This document shows, piece after piece, positions 47,632 to 55,258 of a stretch of DNA of 64,000 nt. The DNA is taken from IMG/VR virus record IMGVR_UViG_3300048592_000244, positions 42,114 through 106,113 of that record; one strand, written 5' to 3'. The translations under genes were made by a program, and so were the position numbers. Each line of letters opens with the position of its first letter. Within the stretch, counting starts at the first letter, position 1. Source of the stretch: a virus. The notes beneath the pieces are model-generated. The model was not told the DNA's origin. It saw only the letters and a list, made by a program, of their open reading frames with translations, and ran no database searches.

Positions 47632-49030
47632 TTTCCCCGGCAGCTTTCAAGAAGCGATTGTAAAACTGATGGTCCGCGACCCGCAATTCATGCGGGTCGT
47701 TCGGCCTCATCTACCGCTGGAGTTCTACAGCCAGCAGGAGCAGGGCGCTGAGTACATGATGGCGGCCATCAGGGTCGTCTATGGGTACTACGACCAGCAT
47801 CACACGCCACCGACGAAGATGATATTCGATACGTGGGCGGCCCATCAGCTATCCGGCGTCAAGACCGAGTGGCAGTCCTACTACAAGCAGGGCTACGACT
47901 ACTATGGCTGGAAATTCTACGACGAGCCTGTGGTCCCCAAGGAAGCGGAGTACGTCAGGGACAACACCTTCCAGTGGGTGCGTAAGCGTGCGGAAATGTC
48001 TCTGCTGGTTGAGGCGAAGAACGCCATCGACCAAGGCAAAGACCTACAGCAGATCAACCTCGTCAAGAAGGCGCAGGAAATTTCACAGATCGGGTTCGCT
48101 GGCACGGACCTTGGTATCGAGTTATTCACTGACCCGCAGGCGTCGTGGGCCACGATCTGGACGCCGGTGGTACGTGAAGCAATCCCTGTGGGCAAGCCGG
48201 GGCTCGACAGGGTGATGGGCGGCGGCGTCGGCGTTAAGGAACTCACGGTCGTCGGCGCTCCGCCCAATACAGGCAAGACCACGGTGATGTGTGACTTCGC
48301 CGCTGGTTTCCTCCAGCAGTGCGAGCCGGTCATCTACATCACCTGTGAGCAGAGCGCCTTGCTCATCATGCAGAAGGTAATTTCCAACATCGTCCGCATG
48401 ATCCCGACCAAGTGGCACGAGTTGAACAACCCTGCTGTGATCTGGCAGTGGGTGCAATACTTCGCCAGCAACGCGGCTCCGCTGTTCATCAAGCAGTTCC
48501 CGTCAGGCCGGGCAACCATCCATGATATTGAGGCATACGTGCTGGCAGTACAGGCACGGACTCAGCGGAAAATCAAGTGCGTGCTGGTGGACTACGCCGA
48601 CCTTCTGCGCCCGGCGTTCACTCAGCAGGAGCGCAGGCACCAGTTGCAGGAAATTTACACCGACCTGCGTGCGCTGGCTGTGGACATGAACCTCGCGGTA
48701 GTGACGGCCACGCAGACCAACCGTGAGTCGGTCGGTCAGGAACGCATCAACCTCGACAAGCTGGCCGAGGACTTCGGCAAGGCAGGCATCGCCGACATCA
48801 TCATGTTCCTCTGCCAGACTGAGCTTGAGCAGGCGAACAACCGTGGCCGCATCTTCTTCGCCAAGAACCGTAACCAGCGGAAATTCATTGAGGTGGGCTT
48901 CAACATGCTGTACGAGTTGTCCCGCCTTGAGGAAGACGAGCGCATGATGGGACCGGGTGCGGCAGAGGCGCAGGCCGAGCAGGTGATGAACACGATGCAG
49001 AGATTCCTCCCGAGTGCTGCACATGGCTAG
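47600..49030 (+). CDS. dnaB: DnaB-like (T4 gp41-type) replicative helicase
   Basis: GAPPNTGKT, CEQS, LVDYADL, TATQTNR, AKNR motifs. Confidence 0.92.
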   Translation: MIQPSWTPENNFPGSFQEAIVKLMVRDPQFMRVVRPHLPLEFYSQQEQGAEYMMAAIRVVYGYYDQHHTPPTKMIFDTWAAHQLSGVKTEWQSYYKQGYDYYGWKFYDEPVVPKEAEYVRDNTFQWVRKRAEMSLLVEAKNAIDQGKDLQQINLVKKAQEISQIGFAGTDLGIELFTDPQASWATIWTPVVREAIPVGKPGLDRVMGGGVGVKELTVVGAPPNTGKTTVMCDFAAGFLQQCEPVIYITCEQSALLIMQKVISNIVRMIPTKWHELNNPAVIWQWVQYFASNAAPLFIKQFPSGRATIHDIEAYVLAVQARTQRKIKCVLVDYADLLRPAFTQQERRHQLQEIYTDLRALAVDMNLAVVTATQTNRESVGQERINLDKLAEDFGKAGIADIIMFLCQTELEQANNRGRIFFAKNRNQRKFIEVGFNMLYELSRLEEDERMMGPGAAEAQAEQVMNTMQRFLPSAAHG

Positions 49031-50033
49031 ATGGTTCAACCAGAGCAAGCTGATGGATTTCGTCTACGACGATCTCTCCTTCCGGTACAGCGCCGGGGAT
49101 GAGATGGTCTGCGACTGCTGCTACTGCGGGCACGACTCCACGCTGTGGGTGAATAAGGAGAGCGGGCAGTTCATCTGCTACCGCTGTCTGGAGCACGGCA
49201 GTGTCTACCTGCTGGTCGAGTCTGTGAAGGGAGTCGAGCGCGGGCAAGCCCGCATCATCTTGGGCGTGGCCGCAGGTGAAATCATCCAGCCAGCAGACGC
49301 GTTGAAGGAAGTCTTCGCCGGTCTCGCGCAGAGATTTTCCGGCCCTCCAGTCGTGCAGGAAAGTAACCAGATCGTGCCGGAAAATACTCAGTTCTTCGGC
49401 TGGGGAAAACCTGTTTATAAGGTCGAGGAGGAAATGGTAATTTCCATGATCCAAGCACTGGAGGCGAGAGGTTTTCCTTACCAACAGATTGTGGAAAATA
49501 GGGCGGGCTGGGGGTTCGGTGGCAGGTGGGATCACCGGGTAGTCCTGCCGGTGTATTTCCGCAACGAACTGGTCTGGTGGCAGGCATGGGACTACACCAA
49601 GACGCAGAGCATCAAGTACAACAACCCTCGCAATGACGAGGTGAAGATTTCCCGCAAGGCTCTGGTCTACAACATTGAGAAGCACGCTGATGCCAAGGCC
49701 CTGTGTGTGACCGAGGGTGTCTTCAACTCGTGGGCCTGCGACCAGATCGGTGTGGCTGGCGTGGCTACCTTCGGAAAAGGCGTCACGCCTCTACAGATTT
49801 TCCAGCTTGTCACGCACCGGGCAGAACGCATCTATATTGGGCTGGACCCCGATGCACGAGACAAAGCCGTTGGGCTCTACAACACACTGCGGGCGCTGGG
49901 CAAAGAGACACTTCTTTGCACCATGCCATCGAAGGCTGACTGGAATGACCTCACTCCTGCCGACAGGCAACGGGTCATCGACAGCGCCGGGCACCCGGAC
50001 TGGTTCTGGGACAGCCACAAAGGATCGAACTGA
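49023..50033 (+). CDS. dnaG: DNA primase (zinc finger + TOPRIM)
   Basis: CCYCGH...FICYRC zinc finger, KYNNP, VTEGVF, ATFGK, LDPD. Confidence 0.9.
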   Translation: MARWFNQSKLMDFVYDDLSFRYSAGDEMVCDCCYCGHDSTLWVNKESGQFICYRCLEHGSVYLLVESVKGVERGQARIILGVAAGEIIQPADALKEVFAGLAQRFSGPPVVQESNQIVPENTQFFGWGKPVYKVEEEMVISMIQALEARGFPYQQIVENRAGWGFGGRWDHRVVLPVYFRNELVWWQAWDYTKTQSIKYNNPRNDEVKISRKALVYNIEKHADAKALCVTEGVFNSWACDQIGVAGVATFGKGVTPLQIFQLVTHRAERIYIGLDPDARDKAVGLYNTLRALGKETLLCTMPSKADWNDLTPADRQRVIDSAGHPDWFWDSHKGSN

Positions 50034-50089
50034 TTTCAACTTTTTTGTCTGCTGGCCCCCGACGACAAACTGAATTTTTGGGCCTGCTC

Positions 50090-50101
50090 TTGACCCGTCA
50101 A
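50090..50101. promoter_or_regulatory. Palindromic operator-like site TTGAC-NN-GTCAA
   Basis: TTGACCCGTCAA; related copies at 50141-50152 and 51636-51647. Confidence 0.45.
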
Positions 50102-50140
50102 TAATTGCATATACAACGACCTTTTTTGTGCCCCAAAAAC

Positions 50141-50152
50141 TTGACGCGTCAA
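50141..50152. promoter_or_regulatory. Palindromic operator-like site TTGACGCGTCAA
   Basis: Perfect 12-bp palindrome in the AT-rich intergenic region. Confidence 0.45.
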
Positions 50153-50231
50153 TATATAATGCCGTAATGACTAGGAATTTTACCCCAAAAAAAGTGCCCA
50201 AAAGGGCTCTACGGTGCGGGTTCTGGGCCGT

Positions 50232-50288
50232 TTGAAAAACTTTTGCCTAAAAATTTTGTTGATTTTTTGGGGCGAAAAGCCGTAAAAT
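50232..50288 (+). promoter_or_regulatory. Early sigma70-type promoter with UP-like A/T tracts
   Basis: TTGATT (50259-64)-18 nt-TAAAAT (50283-88), A/T tracts upstream. Confidence 0.6.
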
Positions 50289-50358
50289 GCTTGCGTCGCC
50301 GCCGATGGCATAGGGCTACCGGGGCAGACAGAGAGTCCCCAAAATTGGGAGAGTTACC

Positions 50359-50538
50359 ATGAAGAACTGCAAAGTGACAGTCAAGGGCAACAAGGCAATC
50401 ATCGAAGTCGATCTGACTCAGGACTTCGGCCCATCCTCCTCTGGCAAGACCGTCATCATCGCATCCTCTGAGGGCAACCAGTCTCTGCCCGGAAAGCCTG
50501 AGATCAAGCTGGGTCTCAACGTCTACAAGAAGCCGTAG
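50359..50538 (+). CDS. 59-aa protein absent from the ORF track (MKNCKVTVKGNKAIIEVDLTQDFGPSSSGKTVIIASSEGNQSLPGKPEIKLGLNVYKKP)
   Basis: GGGAGAG RBS; VDLxxxFGPSxSGKTxIIASxEGN...GLNVY resembles a small uncharacterised bacterial family (from memory, not searched). Confidence 0.8.
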   Translation: MKNCKVTVKGNKAIIEVDLTQDFGPSSSGKTVIIASSEGNQSLPGKPEIKLGLNVYKKP

Positions 50539-50549
50539 GCAGACTAGGC

Positions 50550-50642
50550 AGGCTGGCCCGATCATGGGCCAGCCTTGCCCCTTGCCCACTGCTGGCCTAG
50601 TGCGGGCCGTGGGCAAGGGGCAAGGCTTGTTGCCTTGTTTTT
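50550..50642 (+). other. Overlapping hairpins (10-bp and 19-bp perfect stems) with T-rich tail; terminator/attenuator-like
   Basis: AGGCTGGCCC/GGGCCAGCCT 50550-50575; AGCCTTGCCCCTTGCCCAC/GTGGGCAAGGGGCAAGGCT 50571-50627. Confidence 0.6.
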
Positions 50643-50751
50643 GTGTCCAGTGGGCCGTGTGGCCTGCTGGAATTTCCGTTTGTCTGTCCGGGCATTCTGT
50701 CCGGCCAGTTTTGTCCGCCCGGTCTATCCGGGCACAGTGGAGGCTATTGCC

Positions 50752-51033
50752 ATGAGTGAGAAGACCAACAAGAAGCCCGTGGATGCTCGCAGCAAGATCG
50801 ACGCCCTGTTCGCCACGTCCCCGGCGAAGGTCCGTGTCCGGGCCGCCGACGACGGCAAGGTCTATTCCGGCGTGGTCGGTTCGGCCCTTGTCGAGAAGTT
50901 CGCCGCTGCCGGTCAGGACGACGCCTTTGTGGCGCTCGGTCTGGTCAACGCCGAGACCCTCAAGCGGTCCAGCAAGACGATGGACGCCAACGCCAACACC
51001 GTCAGCTTGACGCAGGACGCCATCGCCAAGTAG
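50752..51033 (+). CDS. Early hypothetical protein (start ATG 50752)
   Basis: GGAGG RBS; 93 aa. Confidence 0.7.
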   Translation: MSEKTNKKPVDARSKIDALFATSPAKVRVRAADDGKVYSGVVGSALVEKFAAAGQDDAFVALGLVNAETLKRSSKTMDANANTVSLTQDAIAK

Positions 51034-51040
51034 GCCCACA

Positions 51041-51072
51041 GGGGCTGGCCGGAATTTCCTCCGGCCAGCCCC
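51041..51072. other. Perfect 13-bp hairpin with the GGAATTTCC motif at its tip
   Basis: GGGGCTGGCCGGA-ATTTCC-TCCGGCCAGCCCC. Confidence 0.7.
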
Positions 51073-51133
51073 ACCGTGGTCTACCGTCGCTGCTCCGTGG
51101 AGCGGCAACGGCAGGTCACTTGGGAGCAAGGCA

Positions 51134-51631
51134 ATGCCAGTCAACAAGGCCAGTCTAAAGCGGCACGTAGTCCGAAAGACAGCAACCCGGCACGTCTACC
51201 GGGACAAGCTGACGGTACTGCGTGAAGCCAAACACCCCGGTGTCGCCGCTGTCCGTGGCTACGTCACCGACAAGGCTGGCAACCGGACCACCATGCCGTG
51301 GCAGCTAATTTCCGACAATGCCGCTGCCCACTTGCCCACTGAGCAGGTCTTCACCGAACGCTATGCCCCGATGCGACAAGCCGTGTTCTTCCGCTTCCGG
51401 GCTTGGAAAACTCTGACCGGCAAGACCAACGGAAAGAAGCGGGCAAGGGCCATCCTTCGCCGCGTCAAGGAACTGCTGGACCTGCCGGAACTGAACAACC
51501 CGGACAACCCCGACAGAATCGACAACGGGGTTTTCCGCTTGCTGCCCCGGACTGAGCGGCACTTGGAATTGCTGCAAGCCATCGTCGCCGACAATGACGA
51601 TTGCTTGCTGCCGCTGTCCGATACGCTTTGA
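51134..51631 (+). CDS. Early hypothetical basic protein
   Basis: 165 aa; GGGAG RBS. Confidence 0.65.
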   Translation: MPVNKASLKRHVVRKTATRHVYRDKLTVLREAKHPGVAAVRGYVTDKAGNRTTMPWQLISDNAAAHLPTEQVFTERYAPMRQAVFFRFRAWKTLTGKTNGKKRARAILRRVKELLDLPELNNPDNPDRIDNGVFRLLPRTERHLELLQAIVADNDDCLLPLSDTL

Positions 51632-51667
51632 CCCCTTGACGGGTCAACACTGCCTTACGCTGCCTTC

Positions 51668-51822
51668 ACTGTGCGGCTCGGCGGTTTCCGAAAGCGGAGA
51701 TAATCCGCCCACGGTCTAACGTCGCTTCTCAGCGCGAGACGCGACGTGAGCCCGTGGCTCAGTCCATACAATTTCACTCACGCCAGCCCCACTCTGTGGG
51801 GCTGGTCTGCATTGGAGACCAG
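51668..51822 (+). ncRNA. Candidate structured RNA leader (multi-stem element plus RBS-occluding hairpins)
   Basis: Stems GGCGG/CCGCC, CACGG/CCGTG, ACGTCGC/GCGACGT and CCAGCCCCAC/GTGGGGCTGG in a 190-nt intergenic gap. Confidence 0.35.
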
Positions 51823-51824
51823 CC

Positions 51825-52001
51825 ATGAACCCATACGCTGTCCTGCTCGAAATGGCCGTGAACCAACGGCGCACCGTCCGTGAGGAAATGGCTGAGGCCC
51901 TGCGCAACCGGCATCTCAAGAAGTACGCCGTGCTGGAAAAAGACCACACCAAGCTGTCCGACAAGATCACTGACTACCAGTCGAAATTGAAGGCGGCATA
52001 A
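51825..52001 (+). CDS. 58-aa early protein absent from the ORF track (MNPYAVLLEMAVNQRR...KLKAA)
   Basis: GGAG RBS, ATG 51825, TAA 51999-52001. Confidence 0.65.
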   Translation: MNPYAVLLEMAVNQRRTVREEMAEALRNRHLKKYAVLEKDHTKLSDKITDYQSKLKAA

Positions 52002-52019
52002 CCCGGAGGATATTCCCGT

Positions 52020-52244
52020 ATGAAGGAAATCGCTCTTTTCCGTCGTCTCGCCGTCTATGGTGTCCACGACCGCAACTTCGTCTGCTTCCGTCGCGTTGAC
52101 GGCAGCTACGGGGTGTACGACAAGCTCACCAACGAGCAGTTGTTCACCATCGCTGAGGACGAAGCCTACAACACGTTCTACCTCGGGCGTGAGACCGCTG
52201 CCAAGTTCACCTTCTTGGACAGCCCATTCCGCAAGTCGGCCTAA
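52020..52244 (+). CDS. Early hypothetical protein
   Basis: GGAGG RBS; 74 aa. Confidence 0.7.
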   Translation: MKEIALFRRLAVYGVHDRNFVCFRRVDGSYGVYDKLTNEQLFTIAEDEAYNTFYLGRETAAKFTFLDSPFRKSA

Positions 52245-52351
52245 GACCGGCCAGCAATCAGCGCACTGAGCGCATCGAGCGGGAGCTACGACGATGCCGG
52301 GCTTCGTGTGCTGTCTGCTGTTCGTTCCTAACCCACCAAGGAGGAAAAGCT

Positions 52352-52591
52352 ATGCACGCAACAAAACTCGAAGCACGCAAGAAGTTCGACGCTCTGTTCT
52401 CCCAGAAGCAGCCGACGCGGGAGGAAATGTTCATGCGTCCTGACTTCCGGGTGCTGGCCGCGATGGTCGGCATGAATTTCGGCCAGTGCTGGGATGCGTT
52501 GGTCAACAAGGCCAGTGCCACGAAGTACGGCGGCAACATCCTGCTGGCCGCCGAAGACTGGTACGGCGAAGTCTCGGCTCCCCGCTTCTAG
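52352..52591 (+). CDS. Early hypothetical protein
   Basis: AAGGAGG RBS; 79 aa. Confidence 0.7.
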   Translation: MHATKLEARKKFDALFSQKQPTREEMFMRPDFRVLAAMVGMNFGQCWDALVNKASATKYGGNILLAAEDWYGEVSAPRF

Positions 52592-52599
52592 GAGGAGCC

Positions 52600-52794
52600 A
52601 TGTCGGAAAAACAGCGTCATATCCGTTTGCGCGTCGAAGTCCGTGACGCGCTGGGCGCGTTGGTACTCACCTACGCATTCTGGCTGGACGATCACGTCGC
52701 ACGCCGGGCATTCGCTGCCCGGTGTCCTGACGCGTGGTTGGCTGGCCAACGCATCACCACGTTCAAGGAGAACGCCGATGGCAGTGAACTATGA
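52600..52794 (+). CDS. Early hypothetical protein (MSEKQRHIRL...)
   Basis: AGGAGGAG RBS before ATG 52600. Confidence 0.65.
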   Translation: MSEKQRHIRLRVEVRDALGALVLTYAFWLDDHVARRAFAARCPDAWLAGQRITTFKENADGSEL

Positions 52795-53386
52795 TTTCAC
52801 CCGGATAGACCGGGACATCTGGCTGAGTCTGTTTTTCGGGCTTACTCAGGAGCGCATCGACAGCGACAACGACCACTATGGGCTCGAACCGGAATTGCCG
52901 ATCAAGCCCGATGAGTGGGTTGACGCGGTACACTCGCCGTGGTTCAAGCCAGACCCGGAGAGCGACAAGCCTCTGGACAAGCACGGTGTTGAGCAGGGCT
53001 GGGTCATCATGGCCCAGCACAGTTTCGTCCACAACGTGATGATGGCGCTGATCCCCTGTATGCCAGCGCCGGGCTGGGGCCTGTCGGATAAGAACATCGA
53101 CGAGGCTGTCCGCCGCGTTCTGATCTATCAGGAAGTCACCGGCCCCTTGGGCAGTAAATTCGTCGGCCCGTGGATTCTGCCGCAGAAGAAACAGCGCAAC
53201 TTCTGGGAGCCGTACTACGTCACTGAGGAGGAAATTCGCAAACTGAACGGCTTGTCCGTGAATTTCTCCACGGTGAACATCTCCACGTTCCGCAAGACCG
53301 TCGAGCGGTGCCTTGAGGAAAAGGTCGCCCAGCGTGCCTACCGGGCGAAGAAGGAGGCAGAGGAGAAGATGGCCAAGACCGGGTAA
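52778..53386 (+). CDS. Early hypothetical protein (MAVNYDF...)
   Basis: AAGGAG RBS before ATG 52778. Confidence 0.7.
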   Translation: MAVNYDFTRIDRDIWLSLFFGLTQERIDSDNDHYGLEPELPIKPDEWVDAVHSPWFKPDPESDKPLDKHGVEQGWVIMAQHSFVHNVMMALIPCMPAPGWGLSDKNIDEAVRRVLIYQEVTGPLGSKFVGPWILPQKKQRNFWEPYYVTEEEIRKLNGLSVNFSTVNISTFRKTVERCLEEKVAQRAYRAKKEAEEKMAKTG

Positions 53387-53389
53387 TCT

Positions 53390-53580
53390 CACTCCTCGGT
53401 TGAGGCCAGTGCCCCGACGTGGAATTCGGTGGGCGTCGGGGCACGCATCTCAACTGACGAAGGAGGTGCCCTATGAAACGCTAACACAGACATTGCTTTG
53501 GAAAAGTTGAGTACACAAAAGGTGGAGTACCGAAGCACGGGCCATCGGCGATCACGCCTTTGGCCCGTTGTTCGTTTCTC
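53390..53580 (+). promoter_or_regulatory. Structured leader with minigene ATG AAA CGC TAA (53473-53484); attenuator-like
   Basis: Perfect SD AAGGAGGT at 53460-67 inside a long hairpin; second hairpin 53537-53568 with T-rich tail. Confidence 0.4.
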
Positions 53581-53596
53581 CCCGTGAGGAAATTCC

Positions 53597-54055
53597 ATGA
53601 CCAACCATCCGCCCTTCCAGCGGCCTGATCGTTTCGTGCCTTGGGACAGCGAAATGATCGCCCAGCTTCCATCCGGCCAGAGCCGGGCGTGGTTCGTCAC
53701 GCTTGACCAGCACGGTGAAGTCAGCACTGGCCGGGTGCTGAACATAGACACCCGCCGTGAGTACGTCTGGTTTGTCGCAGCCAACGGTAAGATCACTGTC
53801 GAGGCAGAGGTGCCGAAGCATGTGGTCAAGACTGTGCGGAGTCTGCTGGTGCGTCCGAAGCGAGACGAACTGACTGAGGCAGCCAAGCGGGAAATTTCCT
53901 GCATGACCACGCTGATCTACGATCTGGCCGCGACTCTCGACCAGAAGGTGGACATCGTGAAGGACACCAAGTGGTTCATCCGTCGAGTCGAGGACCGGCT
54001 CATCGGTGAGTGCAAACAGTTTTCCCATCTGGCCCCAAACTACAAGGAGAAGTGA
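53597..54055 (+). CDS. Early hypothetical protein
   Basis: 152 aa; GAGG RBS. Confidence 0.7.
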   Translation: MTNHPPFQRPDRFVPWDSEMIAQLPSGQSRAWFVTLDQHGEVSTGRVLNIDTRREYVWFVAANGKITVEAEVPKHVVKTVRSLLVRPKRDELTEAAKREISCMTTLIYDLAATLDQKVDIVKDTKWFIRRVEDRLIGECKQFSHLAPNYKEK

Positions 54056-54294
54056 TGATGACCGCAGAACACCGCGACGTCCGTGACGTCACACCGGCTG
54101 ACGTCCGCCGCAAGCAGCAGGCCCGCGACATGCACAACCAGAAGGTTCGCATCTTGAAGGCGAAGATCGAACGCATCGAGCGGACCATCACTGATCTGGC
54201 CAAGAAGCCGGAGACGTCGGACGAACTGTTGTCCAAGTGGCGTCAGTCGTGGGACTGGCACAACGCGGAACTCAAGAAGCTGGAAGGAAAATAG
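54055..54294 (+). CDS. Early hypothetical coiled-coil protein
   Basis: AAGGAG RBS; TGATG coupling. Confidence 0.65.
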   Translation: MMTAEHRDVRDVTPADVRRKQQARDMHNQKVRILKAKIERIERTITDLAKKPETSDELLSKWRQSWDWHNAELKKLEGK

Positions 54295-54296
54295 CC

Positions 54297-54530
54297 ATGA
54301 GTGAGGTGACGCTCGAACAGTGGCTGGAAGACCACTGGAACGATGACACGACGGAGTACCGCACGGGGCTGATGCTCCGTGATCTGGGCTTCGACGAAAG
54401 CGAGTACGATGAGGAGGACGAACGCTGGCGTGTCCGGTGCAGCCAGTGTGAAGCTCTCTGCATCAACGGTCATCCGACACACGAGCACGGCTGCCCTAAC
54501 AAAAACCGACGCCGGGATGAGGAGGAATAG
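54297..54530 (+). CDS. Early zinc-binding protein
   Basis: CSQCEALCINGHPTHEHGCP motif. Confidence 0.7.
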   Translation: MSEVTLEQWLEDHWNDDTTEYRTGLMLRDLGFDESEYDEEDERWRVRCSQCEALCINGHPTHEHGCPNKNRRRDEEE

Positions 54531-54532
54531 CT

Positions 54533-54817
54533 GTGGGCTACTACCTGAAATACGTCGTCATCTGGTTCAACACCAGAGAGTACGGCGGCCCGGAGGAAGG
54601 CGGCTGGTGGTTTGACACTGGCGAGCCCCAGAAGGTCTACACCTGCAAGTCGCCCGCCGAGCGTGCGGTCTGTGAGGAGTTGGCCAACAAGCAGGTGGAA
54701 AAACAGAACGAGGGGCGCAGGCCGCTCTCGTCGGTGTTGTCCACCGGCAGATATTCCGTGTCCATTGAGGACGAGAAGCCGGTGCCGTATCCGGCTGTCG
54801 CACCTCACTACGAGTAG
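54533..54817 (+). CDS. Early hypothetical protein
   Basis: YGGPEEGGWW motif; GGAGG RBS with GTG start. Confidence 0.7.
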   Translation: MGYYLKYVVIWFNTREYGGPEEGGWWFDTGEPQKVYTCKSPAERAVCEELANKQVEKQNEGRRPLSSVLSTGRYSVSIEDEKPVPYPAVAPHYE

Positions 54818-54830
54818 GGAGGAAAAGCTC

Positions 54831-55064
54831 ATGTTCGAGCGCATCAAAGCAGCGGCGGAAAAGCAGGGCTGCGTCGTCGAAGGCTTCTGTTCCTACGCCA
54901 ACCCCGGCGACAGCCATCTGGCTGTTGTGCTGTGCCGTCGTGAAGACGACAGCATGGTGTCGTGGGTCTGGAATGACTCCAGCGGCGGCTTTGTCTGGGG
55001 CCGTTACCACGATGAAGCACGTCCGGCGTTCGCCGAGCGTGTCCAATACTACTGCGTGAAATAA
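54831..55064 (+). CDS. Early hypothetical protein
   Basis: GGAGG RBS before ATG 54831. Confidence 0.65.
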   Translation: MFERIKAAAEKQGCVVEGFCSYANPGDSHLAVVLCRREDDSMVSWVWNDSSGGFVWGRYHDEARPAFAERVQYYCVK

Positions 55065-55073
55065 GGAGCAGTC

Positions 55074-55256
55074 ATGTACGGTGACTTCAAACGGTGCGTG
55101 GCTTGTCGCTCGGCGTTTTGCGAGAGCACGCTGCCGACAGACCTTCTTCCTGACAAGTGCCCCAAGCACATGACCGCAGAAGAAACCGAGACGTGGCTGG
55201 CTTCGTTGCCAGTCCAGTACAACCGGAAATCATTGGCCGACGCTGAAAAGGAGTAG
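55074..55256 (+). CDS. Small Cys-rich early protein
   Basis: CVAC...C...CPKH; AAGGAG RBS. Confidence 0.65.
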   Translation: MYGDFKRCVACRSAFCESTLPTDLLPDKCPKHMTAEETETWLASLPVQYNRKSLADAEKE

Positions 55257-55258
55257 CC

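Noticed and set aside
50141-50160. Consensus promoter TTGACG...TATAAT
   Set aside because: The spacing between the two boxes is only 8 bp, so it was kept as an operator-like palindrome instead.
50209-51147. 312-aa minus-strand ORF across the early promoter region
   Set aside because: It overlaps two plus-strand genes with good RBSs, hairpins and a promoter, and its translation is not protein-like.
53449-53511. Hammerhead ribozyme (CTGACGA...GAAAC core)
   Set aside because: Stem II is poor, and there is no correctly placed NUH cleavage triplet with stem I/III pairing in any permutation.
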